Assembly: GCA_030445695.1 (NCBI GenBank)
Contig: JASUTF010000001.1
Span: forward strand, 882 to 64,881
DNA length: 64,000 nucleotides
Reading direction: 5' to 3'
Source: Candidatus Iainarchaeum sp.
GTDB lineage: Archaea > Iainarchaeota > Iainarchaeia > JAADDC01
A model generated the notes under the pieces. The model was not told where the DNA came from. It ran no database searches and saw only the letters and a program-made list of their open reading frames with translations. A program made the translations under genes and the position numbers. Position 1 is the first letter of the stretch. Each line of letters begins with the position of its first letter. This document shows, in pieces, positions 43,007-54,241 of the stretch.

Positions 43007-45006
43007 CTATTTAACCGTTCCATTAGCCGGTACTTTTCCTGTGCGGGTATCCGGGACCTGTCTACCACCTGTTTTAACAGCGATCTTCTGAGCTCTGATA
43101 GGTCTATAAATTTCCTGATGCCCTCGGAGCGCCTGTGTTCGCGCGGCAGAAGGCCCCTGGGTAGTTCGGAACGCCTGAATTCCTGCACGGAAGTAGCAGA
43201 TAGGAGCGCAGACAGGAGCGCAAGCACCATGGCGAAGATCGCTATCACCGTGGCTGCAATGGGTATGACCGTTGTGAGGATGCGGTTCATCACGGCGTTG
43301 AGGTATGCGTCTGCCAGCAGGGGGGCAATTCCGAGCGCGTACTTCATGACGGATTCTGCCAGCGCGTTGGCTGTAAAGTATCTGAGCATGTCCTCGCTGA
43401 ACGCGTCTTTGTCCGGCAGGATGATCGTCCCGTCTTCCGAGGCGAAGTAGGCGATGCATTCCTGTCTTCTGCCCCCAACGCTGGCGAGGAACGTGGAGTA
43501 TGTTCCCCTCAGGGTTCTTGCGGGTACGAGGCAGGTGGGTATGTTGTAGTAAAGAGAGATCGGTGGTAGCCCGTTGAAGCGAATCTCCACGGGGAAGATG
43601 GGATGGCCGTCAGGAGAAAATGCGGGCAGTTTCGTGTTTCTTAAGCCGTACTCCCTCAGAACATACTCGTTGAGCGGTTCCTCGCTCTCCGGTTCCAGTG
43701 CTACTATGCGCGGGGGCCCCTGCTTCGCGAGTTCTGCGTAGGTGGTCACAAGGGGAACGGCCTGTGCCTGCACAGTTCCCACGATGATCAAAACAGCTAT
43801 GAATGGCAGTATTCGCCGTAGCCCCTCCCGCAAACGCCCGAGGGCTGCTCTTATCCATGCAAGGATGCCCACCGGCTTTTCACGGGCATACACGTAGGCC
43901 TCAAAACCGTAGAACGCCCTTTCGACCTCCTCATCGACAACATGCCCGATACTTTCCAAATATTCCCGTATCGTCTCCCACGGCTGCATCCGGCGCCCCG
44001 TTCTGCGCTCCACCAGATGCACGAGGTCCCAGAATGCTCTCGCCACAGGATCGAGCACGCTTTCCTTGCGCCTCTTCCCGAACACCTTCGTGGAGTATAT
44101 GGCCGCCCCCGCGCCCATCACTGCGAGAACGGCAACGATCAAAACAGCGACGATCCCCATTGCTTCTGTCCCTGCGGACCCCACGTCCGGTAGGGACTGG
44201 GCACCCACGTTCACGCGGGGCAGCTCAGGGACTTTCCCAGTGAACCTCTGCGGTGGCGAGAACTTTGCAATCTTGATATCTTTGGCAAGCTCTACGGCCT
44301 TTCGCATTGCCTCCTGGGCTTCTGGCGTTGATGCGATCTCTGCTGCCCTCTTTATGACCTCTCTTGTTCGCTCGTCCTGCAGAACCTTTGCGACTGCCTC
44401 TATCTGTTCCGGGCTCGGCTCCTTCTCCGTATCTATCCTCGAAAGGAGGTCTTCCCACCGTATCACCGGTTCCACAGGACCGCTGTCTGATATTGTGAAG
44501 TTTTCCCCGATGACAACGTCTCTCATTTCCCTGATCGTGTCTATGAGCCGCGGATACTTCTGTATGATGTGGTAGAAGTTCTGCAACTCCTTTCCAACGG
44601 GTAGCTTGCTTCCCGGCGGCTTGTATATTTCTCCGCCTTTGTACAGGACGTCTTCCTTCAGGCCCATCTTAGCCAGTTCCTGCAGGACTTCAACCGGCAC
44701 GTTTTCATCCGTGTGTACGTGTCTCAACACTTCCAGAACGTTTTTATCCACCAGTACGTTGTTCCCCACGTTGACATAGTCCCCGCTCTCCTGCAGCGTT
44801 TTGAGAACGTCTTCTCTGGACGCCTCTGTGCTACCCCCGCTGTAAACGTATTTCGCCAGGTATTCCGCAGGATCTACTCTTGCTGCCAGCGCCAGGGGAA
44901 GGACCAGGACCATAATGAGTGCGAGCCGCCTCACGTTCCAGAAACGTACCCCGGAAATAAATGCCTTCCCCTTCCACCCTTTTAAACCCTTTTTTCTCTT
45001 CATCAT
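42928..45006 (-). CDS. Large membrane protein with a signal peptide, central TM helices and a DUF4129-like C-terminal region (third component of the MoxR-type cluster)
   Basis: Signal 'LALIMVLVLPLALAA'. TM segments around 'IVAVLIVAVLAVMGAGAAIY' and 'ILPFIAVLIIVG'. C-terminal helical/basic region. Family call is inferred from cluster context. Confidence 0.45.
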   Translation of the reverse strand: MMKRKKGLKGWKGKAFISGVRFWNVRRLALIMVLVLPLALAARVDPAEYLAKYVYSGGSTEASREDVLKTLQESGDYVNVGNNVLVDKNVLEVLRHVHTDENVPVEVLQELAKMGLKEDVLYKGGEIYKPPGSKLPVGKELQNFYHIIQKYPRLIDTIREMRDVVIGENFTISDSGPVEPVIRWEDLLSRIDTEKEPSPEQIEAVAKVLQDERTREVIKRAAEIASTPEAQEAMRKAVELAKDIKIAKFSPPQRFTGKVPELPRVNVGAQSLPDVGSAGTEAMGIVAVLIVAVLAVMGAGAAIYSTKVFGKRRKESVLDPVARAFWDLVHLVERRTGRRMQPWETIREYLESIGHVVDEEVERAFYGFEAYVYAREKPVGILAWIRAALGRLREGLRRILPFIAVLIIVGTVQAQAVPLVTTYAELAKQGPPRIVALEPESEEPLNEYVLREYGLRNTKLPAFSPDGHPIFPVEIRFNGLPPISLYYNIPTCLVPARTLRGTYSTFLASVGGRRQECIAYFASEDGTIILPDKDAFSEDMLRYFTANALAESVMKYALGIAPLLADAYLNAVMNRILTTVIPIAATVIAIFAMVLALLSALLSATSVQEFRRSELPRGLLPREHRRSEGIRKFIDLSELRRSLLKQVVDRSRIPAQEKYRLMERLNSWKHISKIRAFAVRVKIWLMEMRSSG
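44990..44996 (+). promoter_or_regulatory. TATA box (TTTTAAA) centred 27 nt upstream of tRNA-Met
   Basis: Same spacing as the other tRNA promoters here. Confidence 0.4.
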
Positions 45007-45019
45007 ACTGCTGTTTCGT

Positions 45020-45138
45020 GCCGGGGTAGCTCAGCCTGGTTGGAGCGCCGGACTCATAATCCGCCGTGTGGCGTTCCGGTGCCTGCGCAGGCCGGATGAG
45101 AAATCCGGAGGTCGCGGGTTCAAATCCCGCCCCCGGCA
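45020..45138 (+). tRNA. Elongator tRNA-Met (anticodon CAT) containing a 44-nt intron at the canonical 37/38 position (about 45059-45102)
   Basis: Exons fold into a 75-nt cloverleaf: acceptor GCCGGGG/CCCCGGC, D stem GCTC/GAGC, anticodon stem CCGGA/TCCGG with loop CTCATAA, T arm GCGGG-TTCAAAT-CCCGC, G1-C72. The 3' anticodon-stem strand is only restored after removing the 44 nt. Confidence 0.85.
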
Positions 45139-45277
45139 CTCGCTTCTTCAACAACCCCATTATGCTTTACGGGCTCAGATGCAAGATTAACAAAGAACAT
45201 ATATTTTTCCTCCCAGAGTAAAAGCGTAAACCTTGGGCCACATTTCTTCCAGACAGTAGACGGTTGGCGAACAAGTT

Positions 45278-45487
45278 CTAGGTCTTGTTTAATTCTAGCT
45301 CTTGCAGGACCTTTTCTAGAGGTGTAAAATCTTCGTTCTTTAAGAGAAAGACTTGTCTGTAAAGTTCTGCATCCCAAAGGCCCATCATCAGGCGGTATAT
45401 TGCTGGCTTCTTCATTCTCCAGAATGTGCTCCTAACAAAGGTGAAGGGAAGTATATGTCCGACAAAGTCGTCTGGGAAGGGCGTCAT
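45278..45487 (-). CDS. Hypothetical 69-aa protein downstream of hicA (possible gene fragment)
   Basis: ORF only, 4-nt overlap with hicA. No motif. Confidence 0.25.
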   Translation of the reverse strand: MTPFPDDFVGHILPFTFVRSTFWRMKKPAIYRLMMGLWDAELYRQVFLLKNEDFTPLEKVLQELELNKT

Positions 45488-45714
45488 ACCTCCTCTAACA
45501 GTTTAAGGAACTCCTCTCGAGTTATTCCAACTTCTTTAATTATGAGCCTCACGAGGCCCCGTTTGAGAGGCTTGCCTCTATGGATCGGTACCACAACCAG
45601 CTTTTTGTCTTTCTTCAGGATTACGTGAGAACCTTTCTGACGAATTTGAACATAACCAAGCTTCTGTAGGACCTTTGTCATTTTCTCTGAGGATATTGGA
45701 GGGATCTTAGGCAT
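45484..45714 (-). CDS. hicA: HicA-family mRNA interferase toxin
   Basis: 'KVLQKLGYVQIRQKGSHVILKKDKKLVVVPIHRGKPLKRGLVRLIIKEVGI' matches the HicA/YcfA dsRBD-like fold signature (GSH, basic patch). Confidence 0.75.
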   Translation of the reverse strand: MPKIPPISSEKMTKVLQKLGYVQIRQKGSHVILKKDKKLVVVPIHRGKPLKRGLVRLIIKEVGITREEFLKLLEEV

Positions 45715-45997
45715 TTACCTCCACCTTTGTGATGAGGATCGCTTCGGGTTTTTCACTAAGTATTTCTTCCCGCTCCTCTTCAGAGAGAACTTCCAGATAA
45801 AGCTCGATGGCTTCTCTTACGTTTTTTACTGTTTCTTCTATTGTTTCCCCCTGGGAAAAGCAGCCTGGAAGCTGGGGCACGTAGGCGTAATACCCTTCAT
45901 CGGGGTCTTTTACGATTACTACGTCGAAGTCCAGCACTTGGGTCTTGACCTTTTCCATATTATCATCTTGTTTCATTCCTGTATTAAATGCTATCAT
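45707..45997 (-). CDS. hicB: HicB-family antitoxin (UPF0150)
   Basis: 'VVIVKDPDEGYYAYVPQLPGCFSQGETIEETVKNVREAIELYLEV' HicB/UPF0150 core. 8-nt overlap with hicA. True start may be the internal ATG near 45958. Confidence 0.7.
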   Translation of the reverse strand: MIAFNTGMKQDDNMEKVKTQVLDFDVVIVKDPDEGYYAYVPQLPGCFSQGETIEETVKNVREAIELYLEVLSEEEREEILSEKPEAILITKVEVNA

Positions 45998-46059
45998 CGT
46001 GTGCTTACTATGTCAAAACGGTGATTCCCTACGCCCAAAGCCCAAACTACACGAAGCTT

Positions 46060-46087
46060 GCGGGTTAAAATCCCGCCCCCGGCACTT
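46060..46087 (+). repeat. 28-nt direct repeat of the tRNA-Met 3' end (T arm plus acceptor 3' strand); candidate attR
   Basis: GCGGGTTaAAATCCCGCCCCCGGCACT versus tRNA GCGGGTTcAAATCCCGCCCCCGGCACT. Confidence 0.7.
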
Positions 46088-46096
46088 CTGCTTTAA

Positions 46097-47572
<1,476 letters not shown>

Positions 47573-47601
<29 letters not shown>

Positions 47602-49006
47602 AATACTTGTTTATCGCCCTGAAAGCGCTTGTATAGTCCAGTTTTTTATCAAGAAGTGCCTCCAAATACTGCTTTCTCCGCTCTATCTCTTTCATTATTT
47701 CTTTCCTCGTGGTATTTGCCTCCTCTGCCAGCGTGTCCATGTTTTGGCCCACACTACCGGTCATCCTTAGCTCCCCGTTCACCGTTTCGAATATATTGCC
47801 GTAAGCCACCGTATTTTCTCCCCGCACAGACTCCACGATTTCCTTTACTCTTCTACTCCCGTCGGGGTATCTTTTTACCATAACGTAGAGGTTCACAAGC
47901 GGAAGCATACTCTCAGGAACGTTCATGGGCTCGTGCGTTAGACGTTCTTTGGCATCTACGGCGTTGTTTGCGTGTAGCGTTCCCAAGACGCCCCTGTGCC
48001 CTACGTCCATCGCTTGGAAGAGCGTTACTGCTTCAGGGCCGCGCACCTCACCCACGATAATCCTGTCAGGTCTCATCCTAAGCGTGTTGATGAGGAGGTC
48101 GTTCATGGTGACTCCATCATACGTTATCATGTGCACTCTGTTTCTGTGCGGGACGAAAACCTCCCGCGTGTCTTCCACGGTTATGATACGCTGGTCTTCA
48201 GGTATGAACGCCAAGAGCGCGTTGAGCAGGGTCGTTTTTCCAGATGCTGTCCCCCCTATGACCAAAACGTTGAGTGGATACATTCTGAGGCCCTCTATTG
48301 CCACCCATAGATACGCTGCTGCCTCCGCTGTTATTGTTCCGTTTCTGATGAGGTCAAAGATGGATAGTTTATGCCTGCTGAACTTTCTAACCGTTATTGT
48401 TGGCGATTCGGGCGTTACTGTGGGGAGCGTTGCGTTCACGCGCGAACCGTCGGGCAGAGTGGCGTCCAGGAACGGGTGCTCTTCGTCAAGGGTTTTCCCG
48501 TGTATGTGGGCAATCTGGTCGATTATTTCAAGTATGTCTGCCGCGCTGGGAAATACAAGGTCTGTCTGGACGTAGCCCTTCTTTTTGTGGTATATGAACA
48601 CGCCTTTGGGCCCGTTTACCTCCACCTCCTCGATATTATCGTCGAGCAGCAGGAACCCTATCTCTCCGTAGCCCATCAAACTCATTGCGAGCCGTATCGC
48701 TATGTTTTTGGCGTTTTCGAACCCCCGTACTTTCAACTCTTTCGTTATTATTTTTACAAACCTTTTGAACTCAGCTGGGCTTACAATCTGGTCTGAGAGT
48801 ATCTCCTGGATTTCGGGATTGGAAAACACGGATTCTGCAATCTCCTTGAACTTTGAGCGTAGCGCTTCTTTTCCTTTCCATATCTCTTTCTTGGGCGGCC
48901 GCGGCAGACGTATGGTAAATTCTCGCTTGTTTACGACATACTCGTAGAGGTACTCCTTGAGCAGGTATTCCTCCTCGTCCAAATACGGGATTCTGACCTT
49001 GTACAT
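47573..49006 (-). CDS. Type II/IV secretion-system ATPase (FlaI/PilB/VirB11 superfamily), orphan
   Basis: 'VLVIGGTASGKTTLLNALL' Walker A, 'RIITVEDTREV' Asp box, 'DRIIVGEVRGPEA' Walker B/His box. No adjacent TadC/FlaJ-like membrane gene. Confidence 0.8.
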
Positions 49007-49007
49007 C

Positions 49008-50304
49008 TTACACCCCCCACACTTTCATCAGCACCGTTGCGATTCCCAGGAACGTGGCGAAGCCCACCACGTCCGTGAAGGTTGTGAGTATGATTGTGGA
49101 CGACGACGCCGGGTCCTGCCCCAGCTCTTCAGTATTATGGGTATCGCCACGCCTATAAGCCCCGCGACGATTAGAGCAATGGGCATGGCGATTGCGAGGG
49201 CGATTGCGGCAAGAACGTTCCCCTTCCAGATAATGGCGAACGCAAGCGCTATTAACCCGATAATAAGCCCGTTCACAAGTCCAAGGACGAACTCCTTCCA
49301 GAACACCCGCCTCAGTGACGTTTTGTCCAGCTCCCCCGTCGCTAAACCGCGAACAACAATGGCCATGGTCTGGGTCGTGGCGTTCCCTGCCTCGCCCGGG
49401 ACTATGGGCATGAACACGGCCAGTAACGCAAGGTTCTGAATGGTCGACTCGAAGATGTTCACCACGCTCGCAGCTATAAAAGCGGTGAATAAGTTTATCA
49501 CCAGCCACGGCGTCCTGTTCCGTATTGCTCGCCTTACGGACGTCCATACGTGTTCTACGCCCCGCATGGAGAATATCTTCGCCAGGTCCTCCTCGTGCTC
49601 CTTGCGTATCAGCGGTATTGCGTCCTCCGGCGTCACAATGCCCATCACTTTCCCGTCGTCAAGGACTACGACGATTTCCGGCGCGTACGTTTCGAACATG
49701 CGTGCCAGTTCCTCAGAATCTGCGTCCACATCTATGGTTTCCGCACCGACCGCCAAATCCTCTGCTCTTGCTCTCCTCGGTACGTGCAACAGCATTTCAA
49801 CGGGAATCACCCCGAAGAAGACGCCATCCTCCGTTTCAACAATCACGTGCTTTGCGTAGCCGTCCCACTCCCTCAGTTTTCTCTTGATTCCCGTGACGCT
49901 TTCCCCTGGTTTTACTCGTAGGACATCTGAGCGGATCCATCCCCTGCCACGTCCTTTGAGAACCGAAGGAGGAAGCCGTAGACTGTTTTCTCCCTCTTCG
50001 GCAGAGCAGCCATGATTTCTGTTCTTAGTTCCCTGGACAGCCGGCGGAGGACCTTTACTGCATCATGGTCCTTCATGTGCGCCAAGAAATCGGCGAACCT
50101 CTTCGGCCCGAGCGCCCCTGCAAGTTTCTCCACCGCTTCGTCTGAAAGATTGCGGATTACCCGCCTTGCTTTCTTGTGCTCCAGCCGAGAGAAAATTTCC
50201 GCAGCCCTTTTCTCATCAGACCGCTCAATCTCTTGGGCAATCTCCCGCACCCCGAGACGGACGACCGTGGCTACTGGTAGCTGCACGTTCCCAAATAGTT
50301 TCAC
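49008..50304 (-). pseudogene. mgtE: Magnesium transporter MgtE disrupted by two frameshifts (N-domain / CBS+TM / C-terminal TM in three frames)
   Basis: ORF 49912-50304 is the MgtE N domain. Frame 49028-49846 (open back to about 49990) carries the CBS pair and 4 TM helices. The last TM ('DPASSSTIILTTFTDVVGFATFLGIATVL') is in the 49008-49130 frame. Frame switches map to GCAGGGGATGG (G-run) and CTGAAGAGCTGGGG. Confidence 0.6.
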
Positions 50305-50424
50305 TGGTATTTATTGATTTGCATTTTTTCGTTATGGTGGTTTTTATACAGTTGAATCTGAACAATACGGAGCGGATTGATGAATCGGCCGGGCGTGGTA
50401 GCAGTCGGGTAGTCCTCTAACGGA

Positions 50425-51120
50425 CTAGAAGAGTATATGCGCCTTAATTTCGTACTCCCTTGCTACACGCATTATTTCCGCTTTGTCCGGCCGGAACGGT
50501 TCTATTCCGAGTTCCTTTACGTGCCTGAGCCGGTCAAAGTAGTAGAAATCCGCATATTTGTGCGTCTGCCGTACAATCTCCTCTACGTCCGTTTCCGGGA
50601 GTATTGGCCCCACGAACAAGTACGTTCTTATTCCATTCTCTTTTAACTTTTTGAGGGCTTCAATTCTTGCCTTTGGGTGTGGTGCCCTTCTTTCCGCGTC
50701 TATTCTCCGAGTGGATACGATTGTAAACCCGACAAGCGCGTCATACCTCTTTATTAGGTCTGCATCCCTCAGCACGAGCGGGCTCTTTGTCAGAATCTCA
50801 ATGTTCGCACCTTTAGCTCCAAGTACCCCTATTAGTTGCCTTGTCAGTTTCTCCTTCGCTTCTATAGGTTGATAGGGATCGCTCATGGAACTCATCCATA
50901 CTGTCATGCCCGGTTTGACAGATTTCCTGGCCAGTTGCACGGCATTCTGCTTTACGATTACCGTGTTGTCCCAATCGTCTAGTCCGTAGTACTTTTTGCC
51001 GTAGAGCCGCGCGTAACAATACGTGCAGGCGTGGTGGCAGCCAACGTAGTGGTTTATGGTGTATTTGCCCAGTGTACTCTTCGTTAGAATGCTCTTTGCC
51101 CGGATGTATTTGACGTTCAC
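50425..51120 (-). CDS. Radical SAM protein of the SPL/COG1533 'DNA repair photolyase' family
   Basis: 'YVGCHHACTYCYARLYG' CxxxCxxC radical-SAM cluster motif near the N-terminus. About 230 aa. Confidence 0.65.
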   Translation of the reverse strand: MNVKYIRAKSILTKSTLGKYTINHYVGCHHACTYCYARLYGKKYYGLDDWDNTVIVKQNAVQLARKSVKPGMTVWMSSMSDPYQPIEAKEKLTRQLIGVLGAKGANIEILTKSPLVLRDADLIKRYDALVGFTIVSTRRIDAERRAPHPKARIEALKKLKENGIRTYLFVGPILPETDVEEIVRQTHKYADFYYFDRLRHVKELGIEPFRPDKAEIMRVAREYEIKAHILF

Positions 51121-51164
51121 GCAGTATTCTATGAGTCAGCGATTTTATTATCTTTCACTCCTTT

Positions 51165-51677
51165 TTGTTTATGGAACTTCGAGATGCCATACTTGAGCGT
51201 CGTTCCGTTCGCTCCTTCCGCTCTGACCCCGTCTCAGAGGACCTTATAGACGAACTCCTCTCCTATGCACGGTGGGCGCCCTCCGCGGGCAACTTGCAGG
51301 ACTGGTTCGTTTACGTCGTTCGCAGCGAGGGGATAAAAAGAGCGTTGGCAAACGCGGCATACGGCCAGGACTTCGTGGCGGAGGCACCTGTCGTTCTCGT
51401 CATCGCTGCGGACCTCGAGCGCGCGGCCCACTACGGCGAGAGGGGTGTGACTTTATACTCCATCCAGGACACCGCCGCGTTTACATATGCTTTCATGCTC
51501 CTTGCACACGAGAAGGGCCTTGGAACCGTCTGGGTAGGTGCGTTCGACGAGAACGCGGTTAGAACTCTTCTGGACATGCCATCGCACCACCGTCCCGTCG
51601 CCATAATACCTGTGGGCTATCCCGCACACCCGCCAACGAACCCAGGACGGGAAAAAGTGAGGAAGAAAATAATCTGA
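51165..51677 (+). CDS. Nitroreductase-family flavoprotein
   Basis: 'RRSVRSFRSDPVSEDLIDELL...APSAGNLQDW' nitroreductase N-terminal motif. About 170 aa. Confidence 0.7.
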   Translation: MFMELRDAILERRSVRSFRSDPVSEDLIDELLSYARWAPSAGNLQDWFVYVVRSEGIKRALANAAYGQDFVAEAPVVLVIAADLERAAHYGERGVTLYSIQDTAAFTYAFMLLAHEKGLGTVWVGAFDENAVRTLLDMPSHHRPVAIIPVGYPAHPPTNPGREKVRKKII

Positions 51678-51678
51678 T

Positions 51679-53673
51679 TCAGAACGGCGGGCGGTATTTG
51701 CTCAGCGTTGCCGCGTTCACTGCAACGATTACTGTGCTCAGGGACATCAGAAGGGCACCCACTGCTGGGCTGAGGACGATTCCGTAGTTGTAGAGTATAC
51801 CTGCCGCCAGCGGAATGGCGACGATGTTGTACCCTGCAGCCCACCACAGGTTCTGGACCATCTTCGCGTAGGTTTTCTTCGAGAGGTCTATTATCTTCGC
51901 CACGTCCCTCGGGTCGTTTCTTACGAGGACGATGTCGGCGCTTTCTATGGCCACGTCGGTCCCCGCACCGATTGCAATGCCCACATCAGCTGTCACGAGC
52001 GCCGGTGCGTCGTTTACCCCGTCACCCACCATTGCTACCTTGTATCCTTTCTTCTGGAGTTCCTTTATCTTCTCCGCCTTCTGGTCAGGGAGCACCTCTG
52101 CGAAGTACCCGTCAATGCCCAGTTCTTTCGCCACCCACGCTGCCACGTCCTCTGCGTCGCCCGTGAGCATGTATACCTTCTTTCCCATGGACTTCAGTAG
52201 TTTCACCGCTTCCCTTGATTCCTCGCGTACCCGGTCCGCCAGGGCGATGCTCCCCAGGTATTTCCCCTCTTCTGCCACGTGGATGACTGTCCTGCCCTTC
52301 ACCCTTGCTTTTTCGGGAATATCCACGCCGATTTCTTTCATCAGACGCTCGTTACCCACGTATATCTGTTTTCCTTTCACAACCCCTGTAATTCCCTTTC
52401 CGGGTATTGCACGGACATCCCGTGCTTCAGGGATGTTTATGCCCTGCGCACGTGCATGTTCCACCACTGCCTGTCCTATTACGTGCTCGGAACCCCTCTC
52501 AAGGGCCGCGGCGTAGCGAATTACTTTTTCGTCCCCGAGTACGTCCACAACGCCGAACTTCCCTTCTGTGAGCGTGCCTGTTTTGTCGAACACCACTACG
52601 TCAACGTCCTTTACCGCCTCGAACGCCCTCCTGTTCCTTACCAGGACACCGTTCCTTGCGGATATCGCCGTGGATATGGCCACGACGAGGGGAATTGCCA
52701 GTCCGAGTGCGTGGGGGCACGCTATAACGAGGACCGTCACCATTCGCTCCAGCGCGAACGCGGGCATACCCACTGCCGTCCAGTACGTGTATGTTGCTAC
52801 GCCGGAGCCGAGGGCTACGTAGAACAGAAGCCCCGCCGCCCTGTTTGCAAGGTCCTGCGTTCTTGTCCTGCTCTGCTGTGCTTCCCGGACGATGCGCATC
52901 ATCTGTGCAACGTAAGTGTCGTTCCCCGCCTTTGTTACCCTTACCTTGATTGCTGCGTGTCCGTTCACGGAGCCCCCGATTACTTCGTCACCATCCTTTT
53001 TGTGAACGGGTCTTGACTCGCCTGTGAGGAGCGATTCGTCAACGTGCGTCTCCCCCTCGATGATTACTCCGTCTGCAGGTATCTTCTCCCCGGGTTTTAC
53101 CAGAACAACGTCCCCCGGTTTCAGTTCCGATGCGGGGACGTCCACCGTATGTTCTCCCCTCACGAGGTGTGCCGTTTTAGGTATGAGTTTCGCCAGTTCC
53201 TCCAGCGCCTTCGACGCCCCGCTTACGCTCTTCGCCTCAATCCAGTGGCCAAGGAGCATTACCACCACAAGCGTGGCCAGTTCCCAGAAGAAGTCCCTGC
53301 CCCCAAGGACAAATACGGAAAGGACAGAGTATATGAACGCCACGCTGATGGCCATAGCCACGAGCGTCATCATTCCCGGCTGTCTCTTCTTTACCTCGTC
53401 AACTGCACCGCGGAGGAAAGGCCAGCCACCGTATATGTATATCAGCGTGGCCAGTGCCGTCAGAATCTCCTTTCTAAATGCGAAATCAATGCTGAACCCG
53501 AACCACATCTGTATCATGTCAGATAGAAGCAGGACGGGTATCGTAAGGAGTAAGGACACGAAGAACCTGTCTCGGAACTCCTTCACGTGGTGAGCGTGGT
53601 CGTGCCCAGCATGAGCGTGATGTTCGTGTATGTGCCCTTTCCCGTGCATGTGGCAGTGTTCCCTATGCTCCAT
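51679..53673 (-). CDS. copB: P1B-type heavy-metal (copper) transporting ATPase, CopB-like with a His-rich N-terminus
   Basis: N-terminus 'MEHREHCHMHGKGHIHEHHAHAGHDHAHH'. TM 'CPH' motif ('IACPHALGLAIP'). 'DKTGTLTEG' phosphorylation site. 'MVGDGVNDAPAL' hinge. Confidence 0.85.
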   Translation of the reverse strand: MEHREHCHMHGKGHIHEHHAHAGHDHAHHVKEFRDRFFVSLLLTIPVLLLSDMIQMWFGFSIDFAFRKEILTALATLIYIYGGWPFLRGAVDEVKKRQPGMMTLVAMAISVAFIYSVLSVFVLGGRDFFWELATLVVVMLLGHWIEAKSVSGASKALEELAKLIPKTAHLVRGEHTVDVPASELKPGDVVLVKPGEKIPADGVIIEGETHVDESLLTGESRPVHKKDGDEVIGGSVNGHAAIKVRVTKAGNDTYVAQMMRIVREAQQSRTRTQDLANRAAGLLFYVALGSGVATYTYWTAVGMPAFALERMVTVLVIACPHALGLAIPLVVAISTAISARNGVLVRNRRAFEAVKDVDVVVFDKTGTLTEGKFGVVDVLGDEKVIRYAAALERGSEHVIGQAVVEHARAQGINIPEARDVRAIPGKGITGVVKGKQIYVGNERLMKEIGVDIPEKARVKGRTVIHVAEEGKYLGSIALADRVREESREAVKLLKSMGKKVYMLTGDAEDVAAWVAKELGIDGYFAEVLPDQKAEKIKELQKKGYKVAMVGDGVNDAPALVTADVGIAIGAGTDVAIESADIVLVRNDPRDVAKIIDLSKKTYAKMVQNLWWAAGYNIVAIPLAAGILYNYGIVLSPAVGALLMSLSTVIVAVNAATLSKYRPPF

Positions 53674-53817
53674 TCTCTCCTCACCAGTTACTATATGTTT
53701 TTCAGCAGTTTAACAATCCCCACTATTGCGAGTATAAATGTCCAAGTAGCGTCAGGAGGAAAAGGGGGCCGATAATCCGGCCCCACGTGCCCGTCGGGCA
53801 GCCAAACACATCCTCCA

Positions 53818-54132
53818 TCACGAGCGCTCATCCTCTATAAGCGCGTGCATCGGGCACTCGAACCCCATCGCTTTTTCCATTGCCTCCATATGTTCTTCCA
53901 TTATATCTCCGTATCCAGCCCTCTCCATGGCCTCGTGCATCTCCCGCATCTCTTCAACCATTACGTTGAAATCACCTCCCATCATCAGGGGCCCCATCAT
54001 CATTCCAGGGCCCACCATCATCGTCGGTGCCTGTCCGGCAGTTGCTGTGCCCATTCCCGCCGGCACGCCTCCAGTGTGTGCGGACGCGCCACCCATCATC
54101 AACGTGACCAGTAGGGGTATTATGTTCCACAT
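53818..54132 (-). CDS. Secreted Met/His-rich small protein, candidate Cu(I)-binding metallochaperone
   Basis: Signal 'MWNIIPLLVTLMMGGASA'. 'MMVGPGMMMGPLMMGG' and 'MREMHEAM...MEEHMEAMEKAM' MxxM/HxxM repeats. Adjacent to copB. Confidence 0.5.
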   Translation of the reverse strand: MWNIIPLLVTLMMGGASAHTGGVPAGMGTATAGQAPTMMVGPGMMMGPLMMGGDFNVMVEEMREMHEAMERAGYGDIMEEHMEAMEKAMGFECPMHALIEDERS

Positions 54133-54241
54133 TTACATCACCTCGCTATTCATCGAGAATACATACGCTGCAACAACCTTTGTTGGTGTGTTTGCAACCG
54201 TTTCACACACGTTTTTATTGTGGATGAACTACATATCTCTC

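Larger units (their letters stand above)
45139..46059. mobile_element. Remnant of an integrated element at tRNA-Met: low-GC 0.9-kb segment carrying hicAB, bounded by the tRNA 3' end and a 28-nt direct repeat of it; no integrase present
   Basis: Direct repeat of tRNA-Met positions 45111-45138 at 46060-46087 with 1 mismatch. Intervening DNA is AT-richer and encodes only a TA pair plus a 69-aa ORF. Confidence 0.55.

Noticed and set aside
45059-45102. GGATGAGAA inside the tRNA-Met intron as a possible C box of an intron-encoded C/D guide RNA (as in Thermococcales tRNA-Trp)
   Set aside because: The sequence is AUGAGA, not UGAUGA. No D box or K-turn partner could be found, and the intron is only 44 nt.
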